Positions 52,796 to 64,000 of a stretch of 64,000 nucleotides of DNA are shown piece by piece. The first letter of the stretch is position 1; each line of letters opens with the position of its first letter. The position numbers and the translations under genes are program-made. Source of the stretch: Octopus vulgaris (taxonomy: Eukaryota); NCBI GenBank assembly GCA_951406725.2, contig OX597824.1, positions 2,542,001-2,606,000 on the forward strand. The letters run 5' to 3'. Under the pieces are notes generated by a model. That model was given only the letters and a program-made list of their open reading frames with translations. It was not told where the DNA came from and ran no database searches.

Positions 52796-55717
52796 GGACT
52801 GAAAAAATACCTACTTTAGAAGCAAGGAAAACTAATACAAATAACCACAAAACACGAGCAAAACAAAAAACTGCTTTCAGTATTTAAGGGATCTGACAAG
52901 TACAAGCAAGAAGTCATACAATCTAACAAATATGAAGAAGAAAAAGAAACAGCAAAAGCTATAAAACAAATGTATTTAAGAGATGAGGAATTATGTACAT
53001 TATTTACCTTATTTAAATTTGACGGATATTTGACCTCATCTTGTTTGTTGTTAACACAATGGAGACATATAGAGAAACTCCATCAAAAACTAGCTCGTTT
53101 TTCAAACCATCTAACTCTCCTGAGTAGATGTAAAGACTCAAATCTAATACCATGTGGTTTGAAGTTAATGGCACCAGCGGATTCATAAAAAGCTAGAAGA
53201 GTAGCGGAAAGGACAGGACTTGCCCTCATATGTGAGAGGATCTATTACAACCGTTGGAAGAAACATCAACTAAATAACGAAATCAAAGGGAGTTTATCTT
53301 CATTACTTAGAAAAATGACCAGAGACGATGATAGAAAGAGAATCCAACAAGACCTAGAAAAGTCGTACATGAAAGAATTTGAAATGGTGAAGAGACGCCA
53401 GATTAAGAAGTTTATGAAACTCAAAGGTCAGAGAATGAAGACTGAAGTCCGTCACTCATCTGCGAAAGTAGTAATTTATATAAGTAGCCGACATCTAGAA
53501 AGCTCTGAAGAAGCAGTACTAAGCAAAGGTCTCAACTTTGCGACAACTATCAAGTGCATTCTATACTTGGAGATAATAGCCCCTATTGGAGAGATAGCCG
53601 TAAAGATACCAAAAGCTCAGGAAGGTGAACTAAGGTGGAAAGTAAGACAGGTACTAGAAAAAGTGAAACTTCCCAATCCAAACATCACTAAGGAAGAAAC
53701 GTTCGCTAGGAAAAGACTACAGAGTGACAATTCCATCATAATACTTCCAGCAGACAAGGGAAATGCTACAGTGGTGATGAAGAAGTCTGACTACCCGGAA
53801 AAACAGGCAAGTCTTTAAGTGATTGTAGCTACAGAAAAGTAAAGAAAGACCCTACTTTGAAAAAAGAGAGGAAGTTGTTACAAATCTTGATCAAGAACAA
53901 GGATCACTTTACACCAATGAAGTACAGGCAACTGACTCAACACCACAGAAAACTACCACACATGTACGGTCTTCTTAAGATTCACAAGGATGGTATTCCA
54001 TTAAGACTTATAGTGAGCTGTAGAGGTTCAGCATGTCATCCATTGAGCCGCTTCCTTGTGGATATATTCAGTCCATTAGCAGGAATTCTTCATCGTACGC
54101 GAAGAATTCCACCCACTTCACAGAATTGATCGAGGATACTCCCATTGAATCCAACAAGATGCTGAGTCTAGATGTGATAAGTCTGTTCACCAAAGTCCTA
54201 ACTGATGAAGCACTGTCGGTGATTCAAGAAAAACTAGTGACAGACACCCATCTAAAAGAACGCACAAGTATACCAATAAGAAACTTGATGGAAATGTTGA
54301 CCCTCTGTGTAGAAACTACCCACTTCAGTATGGACACTGGTATATATCGGCAGTAAGAGGATCTAGCTATGGGTTCGCCATTATCACCGATAATAGCCAA
54401 TATATACATGGAATACTTTGAGAATTTGGCTTTAGGATCAACACCACTAAAACCAACCCCATGACTGCGATATGTTGATGACACTTTTATACTCTGGCCC
54501 CACCAAGAAGATGTCCAAGTGCTGTTAGATCAAATGAACTCAGTAAAGCTATCCATACAGTTCACAATGGAAAAGGAAAAAGACAATCAGCTAGCATTCC
54601 TGGACGTATTAATAACATGCACCAAGCATGGATTCAAGACATCCGCATACCGCAAGCTGACCTTCACTGGACAATACCTCATCTTCAACTCCCACTATCC
54701 ATACAGTGTAAAGAGAGGGATTTGCTCAGTGCCTAAAACATCGTGCAAAGAATATAAGTAGCGATCGTGATACACACCACAAAGAAATGATCAACCTCAG
54801 TAATAATCAGTCAAATATAAATAATGTAAAACTAGAAGAGCAACGGACCATGATAAAACGATGACAAGAAAAGCCCCTTCCTGGCAAATACTGGGCTAAA
54901 TGCAAAAGAAATAGACAGAAAAATCCCAGCAATGGTTAATAAGCTCAGGACTCAAAGCAGAGACAGGGGGAGTTTTAATTGCAGCACAAGACCAAAGCCT
55001 CCCCACCAGAAATTACCAAAAACATATAATGAAAATAAACAGCAAGTAACTGCAGAATATGTGGTGATGGACAAGAAACAATAAATCATATTATCTCTGG
55101 CTGCCCAGTCCTGGATAAGAAGGAATATATTCACAGACACGACAGAGTTGGGACCTTCATACACTGGAAGCTATGCCAACATTATGGAATAACAACAGAA
55201 AAAAGATGGTATAGACACACACTAGAAAAGGTCACAGAAAACGAGAAAGCAACCATACTCTGGGATATGCCGATACACACAGATTGAGAAATTAAGGCCA
55301 ACAGGCCAGATATAGTTGTCAGAGATCATGACGCAAAAAATGCTTTCTAATTGATGTATCAATACCAGCAGATGACAACGTTTCTCTAAAAGAAATGGAG
55401 AAACTCTCAAAATACAAAAACCTGGAAATAGAGGTAACTAGAATGTGGAATCTAAAAACAGAAACAATTCCTATCATAGTAGGTGCATTAGGCATGATAA
55501 AAAAATATTCAGACAAATACATAACAAAAACACCAGGACTTACAAACACGTATAACATACAGAAAATTGCACTACTAGGCACTGCACACATCCTACGCAG
55601 AACACTTTCCATACAATAACCATCAGAGCATCACAACAAATCACAGCACATACCTAAGGCACACACAGCTGCGCTCGGTAGTGAAGTGAAAGCATGCTAT
55701 AAAAATAAAACTACTGA

Positions 55718-55720
<3 letters not shown>
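52796..55720 (+). mobile_element. Dong/R4 LINE 3' portion, interrupted by a Penelope insertion (52973-54831)
   Basis: GLKKYL..AKAIKQM before the insertion. After it: KLEEQRTM..SSGLKAET..AAQDQSL.TRNY..CRICG..HIISGC..RHD..NRPDIV..GTAHILRRTLSIQ*, then a 3' UTR and (AAT)n tail. Confidence 0.9.
52973..54831 (+). mobile_element. Penelope-like retroelement, decayed RT, GIY-YIG deleted, with inverted 5' tail copy
   Basis: IPCGLKL, LSKGLNFA, ILPADKGNATVVM, YGLLKIHKDGIPLRLIVS, SLDVISLFT, AMGSPLSPIIANIYME, RYVDDTF, QFTME.E..LAFLDV, YRK.T.TGQYL.FNSH. Several stops and frameshifts. Confidence 0.95.
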
Positions 55721-55973
<253 letters not shown>

Positions 55974-56397
55974 CAATTTTAATGCAAAATTTTCAGACAC
56001 CAGACCATGATTTTTCAATTTTCATAAAATCTTTATATTAAAAAGAAGTTCTTTCATTTGATATGGCATCAATGGTTCATACGAATGACAAAAAGAGGAG
56101 GAACAGCGTAAGTAGCAAATGGAAAATGAAAGTAGCAGCACCTCCTCTTTAGAAAAAGAGGTAAAAAATAATGGAAATCTCTGCTAGTCACTCACAGAGT
56201 ATGTGTCAACGGTGATAGTGTTACCATCGCCAACACCAGCAGCACCATCAATTCTACCAATATTCTACCAACACTTGCACCTACGAAGATGAAAAGGGTG
56301 AAAGGAACGACGGTGTCGAAGAAAATGGTATGACACGACAATTTCCCCATCACCTTCAATTCTACGATTACCGCAATCCACAAGCACCAGCAGCAGT

Positions 56398-56702
56398 GGA
56401 GGCGCAATGGCCCAGTGGTTAGGGCAGCGGACTCGCGGTCGGAGGATCGCGGTTTCGATTCCCAGACCGGGCGTTGTGTGTGTTTATTGAACGAAAACAC
56501 CTAAAAGCTCCACGAGGCTCCCGCTGGGCGGGGGGGGGCACCCCTGTTGTACTCTTTCGCTCCAACTTTCTCTCACTCTTATCTTCCTGTTTCTTGTCCC
56601 CGACCTCCTACGCAACCGCTGATTCATCCATCCGTCGATGCTCTCGGTGTCGAGGGTTGACTTGCTTTCTCTTCTGCGGGTCTTACGAATAGCAAAGGAC
56701 TT
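56398..56702 (+). mobile_element. S1 SINE, tail type 3
   Basis: Same head and body as 1761, with an unrelated 3' tail. Confidence 0.88.
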
Positions 56703-59700
56703 CTCCCACAGCTCAACAAACAAACCAGCAACAGCAATCCTTTCAGCTGTAACGACAACACCAACAACTCTAGCAACAACATCAACGAACCCATCCACTA
56801 CAACTATAAATAATACTTCTTCCAGCAAAATCAATTACAACGATATTGGCCAAAACCGTCATTCATAAGAGGATGAAATAAGAGGATCCAGTAATGAATC
56901 CCATAAACAGCATGAACCCTAACGCCTGCAGTAGGGGATTAGTATATTCGGATCGAGATCAGATATTCGTTTTAGAAGAGGAGCAATCGAAAGAGGGAAG
57001 ACGGAAGGTGATTTGCAAATGTATTTCAAAAATATTTGAACAATGCAAAGCCCTTCACCGACACCAGCAGAAAGACGTTTCCAGTATCTGTCAGGTGTAC
57101 CAGAAAGGAAGGCCATATGTCACATCGGAACTTCTACTCCACAGTGAAGAGGGAACGAAGCAGATTTTCTCATTCGCTTGCACAAAAAACACGGAGTAGT
57201 GAAAGCAAATGATCGCACAACCGAATGAGCAACTGGAGTTAAAACCTGAACAGTTTTAACTTGTCAGTCGAATTGTAGAGGAAAGGGGCGAATTTGTGAG
57301 TGATTAGCTTGAGAGAGTACTTGTTACAAAACTCGCAGACCTGGTGAGGATCCTTGATCCTACATGCTTCAATCGTGTAATACAACTCCATGTGATGATA
57401 GAGAGAAGGAGGTTGTAATGCTACAACTATGGGCGTGGAGACCACGTGGTAGGTTACTGACCTGTGTTAGAGAAAAAGAATGAGTTACCCTCTGCTGCCA
57501 ACACAAAAGCAGTAAAAGTGCAGAGAGCTTCACCACAATCGGCAACAACCGTAGAAAGTCCTAAAGCAGAGCAGTATTACTGCGAACGACAAACTTGTCC
57601 AGCTTCAGCATTGACCAAAATGTGTTGCATGAGTATTCCTATCTAAACCAAAAGAAAATAACATAAACAACAAAGGTACCAGAGAATGAAATAACTACAT
57701 GAATAGGTCTTTGTGTATCTTTACTATCAGCATCTCTGCCTCCAACTCTTCGTCACACAAAGAAGAGATGAAGGGATCGTTGCATAATGTTGTCGTAAGA
57801 GAAAAAAGACACCAGCGAAAGGCATGAAATTTTGAAAGCCAAGAAGGTTAACGAAGCAATGAAGAATTTACCATCTACAACAACAGCAATATAAGCAACA
57901 AGAATTAAACTACAACAAAGACAAAACCGAAATTAAAGAAACTACAAACTCAACCGCCACAGAAATCAGTTGATAAAAGTAGCCACAAGAACGTAAACAA
58001 AAGTCGTTATACGTTCAATCAGGAACGATAACAGAAGCAACTACAGAACACCAAAAAGAAACACTTGAAAGAAAATGGAAAACTCTTTCGACCAGGATGG
58101 GAGTGGGAGTTTAAAGAACAATTTTTAAAAAAGAAACAACTACCACAAAAAGTAGGATTACAACAGGAAATGCATAATCCCTGCTTCTCAACTTCGCTGT
58201 TGTACGAAACACCAGCGCATTGATGGATTACATAAAACAACGCAACAAGATAGAAAGGGAGAGAGTTTCGAAAAGCCAGACTTAAAACACTTGTAAGAAT
58301 GGACATTTAAGGAAAAGAAAGCCTACTTGACACAACGATTAAAATTCTTGTATGACGTTTAAATTTTTGTAATCTAGCAGTAAAGGAAATTTGGACGGAC
58401 TTCTCAAGAATATCCACCTCACCAAGATGACCGCATTATTCGCTGTTTCAGACCAAGGAAATTTACTTTTCACTTATCTGTCCAACGTGCCACGCTTAGA
58501 GTATGCTATTCAAATGAGCGTGATCCGAAACTAACTGAAAAATGATGACTTGCTAAATGACCCGAGGGCATTACATATAGATATGGTAACCCCCAGCTAG
58601 ACCAGAGTCTCAGACTTGCAGTCACTTCCATTTTTCTTGACTATGAGATGTAGGTATCTTTAGGTCGATCTGGATCGAGCATTTGATTGTGTTGTTTCAG
58701 AAAGGTGTGATTAGCTCATGAAATGGGCAATCTTCCAGACTTGAATGGTAAGTGTGTGACCCTGATGTTGTCCCCAAACTAGCAAGCGGTAATGGCCTGA
58801 GTGGAACATCATAGCCCGACCTCTTCAACATTTATGAGGACGTCTTTCTTGCAAGTTGTCGTGGGTCAATAGAATGACATCTTAGACGCAAACTGAGATA
58901 GTATGAGAACGTCCGATGGTTAAAATGAGTGTGAAATTGTCACAAATCTGCTGAGATAGTTCGAACACTTTCGCAGGCACCGACTGAATTTCCTAAATGC
59001 AACCAATGTGGACTCGGACAAACCACGTTGGCTAATAGAAACTGAATCAAGAATATTTGTTTGGCCATTACTTACAGAAAGTGAGTTGATAGATGAGAAA
59101 ATGATGCGGTATAAAACAAAACTGCTTTGAACAACTTCATTTGCTTTTGGAGTTTATAATCCTCTAAATACAAAATTTACTTTCCGTTCCTCTGATGTCG
59201 TCAAAACAGCTACCAATAATATCTTATGAATAGATTCGATCTGTTAAACCTCTTTCTTACAAATGTTAGAAATGCGTCTATTTTAGAAATCAATACCTTT
59301 ATTCCCCTTGCTGCGATAATTTATTTTATTCTTGCTACTAATTTACAAATGGCTGCCACAAATGGTCGTCAAATTTGTATTTGCTCTCTTACACATTATA
59401 TTACCGTTGTCATTTGTAGCCTTCATTGCAAGCCTCCTGCGTCTGCTCACATCAACATACTACACAGAAATTTTGGATAATTTGTCATAGTTTACCGACG
59501 CAAACTACATTTATTTATCCTTTTCGTAAGGTGACCAGTGAAACTGAAAGTAATAAATCTTTTCAGTTCACCAAAATAGCAAAAATGAAATTTTCTTTAT
59601 TTTTATTTTTCTCTTGTGTTTAACTTCAAAACATAAAACGCAAACAAAAGAATTTATAACTTTTAGCGACTCACTTATTCGGGCGAAATAGTGGCGTCCC

Positions 59701-59714
59701 AAAACTAGCATTTT

Positions 59715-59770
<56 letters not shown>

Positions 59771-59935
59771 ACAGCAACAACAACAATCATAACAAAAATG
59801 ATGATGATGATGATGACAACAATGATAACGATGACGACGACCACCACCACGATGATGGTGACGATGATGATGATTATGATGATGATGGTAATGGTGGTGG
59901 TGGTGGTGGTGGTGGTGGTGGTGGTGGTGGATGGT
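59715..59935. repeat. (TAG)n/(CAA)n/(GAT)n/(GGT)n compound microsatellite
   Basis: Directly visible. Confidence 0.97.
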
Positions 59936-60059
59936 TCATTTTATTAGCCACGAACGTTTAAATGAGAAAAGAAAGGAAAGGACGGAATTACCAATTTTGA
60001 GAGAAATTGCAAGTAAGAAAAAAAAATCTACGAAAAGCTGTAGAGTGCCTATTGGCGAA

Positions 60060-62405
60060 AATTAAAGTTGAGAATATAAAATATGCAAATGACCTCGTGA
60101 TACTGCGCAACATTCGTTGCTGTAGAAATTCTTGGTGCTGAAAGCCGAGCAGAAAAAGTGATCAATGAACCATCGAAAGAAAGGAGATTTGAGAACCAAA
60201 TTGAACAGCTCAGTAAAAGACCTTGAAAGGATAAAGGTTGTTATTGAAATGAAGGAGAGACGTAAGAAAGAACACCGCAGAAAATAAAAGACCGGACAGA
60301 GAGGGTTGGAGGCAGCAAAAGAAAGGCTGAGAGACAAAGGAAAGCAGAGTTGGATAAGAATTGCTCGATGCCAACAAAAGGTAAATCCCAAGAAGCACAA
60401 ACAATAGAAAGAAAATTTACTGACAACTGAACAAGGAAAATAAACATCGGAAGAATGCGATTCCGTATGGTGAAGCATTAAAGAGCTTTTGGTCGGATAT
60501 TTGGAACAGGGAGGTTCAATGCCTGGGGACTCGTTAAAAAAATTTTTTAATGAGATGGAAAATAAATCAAAAGAAGGTGCTATAGATATCACCGATGAGA
60601 AGCTAAGACGGGTACTTAAGAAAATATTAATCTGGCAAGCTCCTGGACCCAAATGTGTTCAGGGATTCTCCCTTAAAAACTTAAGAAGCACACAGTTATG
60701 TGCAGCTGTTTCTTTTTAATTGGATGAAAAATGGAATGCCAACATGGATGACAAAATGAAGGACAGTTCCAATACAGATGAATAAAGGAAAGTAGGCGGT
60801 GGTTAAGTGAGAATTTGTAGACCTGTCGCATGCATATCATTACATATTTTTTACATAATTAAGCAGTCTCACAGCTGATAAATTACATAGCTTTCTTGAG
60901 AAAGAAAATATAATATCAGAGGAGCATATGGAATATAGAGTGGAAGTTGCTGACCTCGTTGTATATCGATTAAACTGATACTCGGTGAAATATGAATCAG
61001 AAAGGATTACAGAGAAAGTATACGATAATGCGCAATACTGTTGGCTTTTGGATCTCCAGATGACTCTTGGGAGTCATTTGGAGGATTAACGGCGTCTTTT
61101 TTTAATCGATGAGATCGTGAGAAGTAGAAGTAAAGTTTGGAAATGAATTATTAGAAAATGTTAAACTCCGTAAGAGAATATTTGCAGGATACTCACTCTC
61201 TCCATTGCCTTTCGTGATTGTGTCGAGGTTTTGGCAAACGTAATGAGAAAATCTAAACTCGTTTATGATCTTTCTACGAACAAGGAAAAAATAAACATTA
61301 CTGTGTATGTCGGGTCTCGAACTGAAATTGAAATAACCGGTATTTTCTGGCTCAACTAGGAAAAATATTTAGCAAGAATATTGGTATTCAGTTTGGGGTG
61401 CATAAACGTACAGTTTTAATTAGAAGAAAAAGACAAAAGAGTTGATCTGATGGAATAAAGATTCTATGAAATGTTATTAGATCACTAAGAAATAATGAAG
61501 GATACAAGTACCAAGGACTGTTGCAAGTTGATAAGGTAATGGAAAGAGAAATGAGAGAAAATATTTCCAGAAAGTCCAAGCGTTAGTAAACTGCTGGAAA
61601 CGAAACTAAATGGAGGTGGTATGAGCAACCAACACACGGGCCACACTAGAGTTGAGATACACTGCTCCTTTTTTCAAGTGGCCAGAGCTATGAAAATGGA
61701 ATAGAGAACTAGAAAGCGATCCACAATACATAACGTATATCATCTTAAAAGTAACATCAACAGTCCCTACCTACAAAAAAGGGAAGAAAGCAAACGCCTG
61801 TCAAATGTAAAAGACAAAATCACTTCTGCCACTCGGGGCTTGTGAATTTGATTTATGTCAGGAACAAAGAATATTCTCTGAAGATAGAAACAACCAAAAT
61901 ATCAAAAGCTCTGTCAACGGATAACTTGTATGGCCACATTCCACAGGGCTTCGATGAGAAAGAGCGAATGAAATTCATGTGGCGTGACAATCTTTACAGA
62001 CAGGCATGTGGAGGATAATCATCCTGTTATTACAATTGTACACAAAGATACAGATGAGTGGGTCATGATGGATACCGCCATTCTTACTACTCGCCAAAAC
62101 GTGGAGAATTCCGAGAGAGTGAAAGTAAACGAATACGTACGGGAAATACATCAAGTGACAATCAAAATTGATTCTTTTATTTTCAGTGCACTCGGAACAA
62201 TTTCAAAGATATCTGGATGCAATATCTTAAATCTTAGACATACATTATATATTAGCGAGTGCAAAGCTGGTTGAGATGCTTGCAACGGCTCGTGGGCTTA
62301 GAAAAGTGTTGTGCCCCTCAGCTCCTGTCCGTAGCTGAGGAATAATTACACACAACCCGACAGTAAAAGATCCATGTTTTGGAGTCCAACAACTGCAATA
62401 ATAAT
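60060..62405 (+). pseudogene. Heavily decayed R4/Dong-type LINE (RT to RLE, AAT tail)
   Basis: WQAPGP..VQGF, PTWM...TV, KRIFAGYSLSPLPFVI, IGIQFG, GYKYQGL, ETKLNG, NHPVITIV..W.MMD.AI, SALGTI, in order. Confidence 0.8.
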
Positions 62406-62407
62406 GG

Positions 62408-62845
62408 CTTCAAATTTTGGCACAATGCTAATAGTTTCAGGGTGGGTCTAAGTCGATTACATCGACCCCAGGACTCAACTGGTACTTATTTTGTTGATCC
62501 AGGAAGTATGAGAGGCAAAGTAGACCTCGCAGGCATTTGAATTCAGAACGTAAAGACGGACGAAATGTCACTAGCCATTTTGTCCGGCACGCGAACGATT
62601 CTGCCAGCTCGCCCCCCTTAGCAACAACAATAATAATTCTAATCCTTTCTTCTATAAGTACAAGGCCTGAAATTTTTTGTTGGGGAGGTGGCTAGCCGAT
62701 TACATCGACCCTAGAGTTCATCTGGTACTTATTTTATCGACCTCGAAAGGGTGAAAAGCGAAGTCGACCTCGACAGCATTTGAACTCAGAACACAAAGAA
62801 AGACGAAATGCCACTAACCATTTGCCCAGTGTGCTCGCTGCCTTA
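62408..62845 (-). mobile_element. Two tandem S4 SINEs
   Basis: GTCGATTACATCGACCC..GGTACTTATTTT..AAAGT.GACCTCG..ATTTGAA.TCAGAAC occurs twice. Confidence 0.85.
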
Positions 62846-63614
62846 ACAATGAGGGGGAGGAGGAGGAGGAGGAGGAGGGGGAGGGGGGGAGGAGGGGGAG
62901 GGGGAGGAGGAGGATTATCATTATTATTATTACTATTATCAATAGCTCCACGAAAAGCAATATGGTGAAAGTTTAACTAGTTTTGATAAAATATAATCAG
63001 TGAAGAAAAAAGAGAGAAGAAAACGGCTGGAAGACATTAGAATCATAATTCAGAAATTGAAAACAAAAATTACTTTATATTCTACAAAAGTAACAGAACC
63101 AACATAAAAAGATTCTCCCCGAATGAAAATCCCGATATTGAAAACAACCAGTAAATTTTCGTTGTGAATATGGGTCTTTTAGAGATTCTAAGTCAAAGAC
63201 ACGAAATAAATGAAATAATAAATAATGTCTGATGAAAAAAAGAAGAATCTTTTGAGAAACATTTGAAAACATTCGATTGGAGAAAACATAAAAATGTAAT
63301 AGAGTCTTGAAAGCAAAATATCAAAGAGTAGATGGATTCAACGAGGAGCACCATCATAAACATCTTGTACGATGACACAAAACTCGTTGAACAAAAACAA
63401 TATCAAAGAAAATAAAGGGTATTTATTATATCGTAATCTTGTTGATGTTATTTGGTTCTGAAGAATGACGATAACATTTCTTTCAATGAAGATATGCCCA
63501 AAGCTAGCAAGATTCTAACAAAACAAAATCAACTTTAGACAGAAAGAGAATCGAGAGGAAAGGGACAATATAAGTGTAATCGAAATGTTGGAAATTGTAA
63601 GGAATCTTAGTCAT

Positions 63615-63806
63615 ACAGTTCTATATCTAAGAGATGAGGAATTATGTACATTATTCACATCATTTACATTTGATGGCTATTTGTCCTCATCTTGTTTGTT
63701 GTTAACACAACGTTTCGGCTGATATACCATCCAGCCTTCATCAGCTGTCTTGGGGAAATTTCGATCCTGGGTTCTCATTCCTAAAGTATTTTTCGATGTT
63801 ATTATT
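63615..63806 (-). mobile_element. Family C module (linker + HHR + Penelope tail), tRNA head missing
   Basis: Reverse complement of about 14680-14865. Confidence 0.88.
63704..63749 (-). ncRNA. Minimal type I hammerhead motif, family C
   Basis: Minus strand: GACAG-CUGAUGA-A-GGCUG gauggauauau-like loop CAGCC-GAAA-CGUU-GUGUU, with one mismatch at the base of stem I. Confidence 0.7.
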
Positions 63807-64000
63807 AATAATAATACTACTAATAATAATAACTAATAATAATAACATCGAAAAGAACTGACATTTCAGAGTTCTTCCCTTTGAAACCAAAAAGGTTTTA
63901 CATTGATGGGATTAAAAAGCTTGTAAATAGATGGAAGTCCTACATAATCAGGTAAAGTACATTGATGATTAAATTTCAATTAAATATAACATTTGATCAC

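Noticed and set aside
56590-56702. HDV-like ribozyme in S1 tail type 3
   Set aside because: I could not build the nested double pseudoknot by eye.
56870-58310. Possible N-terminal region of another RLE LINE (also 62940-63600)
   Set aside because: It is A-rich and coding-like, but I identified no motif confidently.
62851-62915. G-quadruplex-forming run
   Set aside because: It is a degenerate (GGA)n/poly-G microsatellite with no further context.

Overview
AT-rich, microsatellite-dense eukaryotic (animal) DNA with no intact protein-coding gene that I can support. The SINE repertoire suggests an octopod cephalopod (inference). Most ORFs in the supplied track are translations of (TA)n/(CA)n/(TATG)n/(ATT)n tracts. 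Real coding signal is limited to decayed mobile elements: a CR1-type LINE RT, several R4/Dong-type RLE LINE pieces, three mariner fragments, a hAT-like remnant and Penelope-like retroelement (PLE) pieces, including a 1.8 kb PLE RT copy nested in a Dong LINE. At least four tRNA-derived SINE families recur many times. The main unexplained signal is a set of short non-coding modules, mostly lying against (TA)n tracts, that carry minimal type I hammerhead ribozyme (HHR) folds from four or five unrelated sequence families, often in fold-back arrangements. One family joins a tRNA-derived Pol III head, an HHR and the same terminal tail found on the local Penelope RT copy. It is a candidate Penelope-mobilised, ribozyme-bearing SINE or retrozyme. 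All folds and alignments were read by eye and none was computed.
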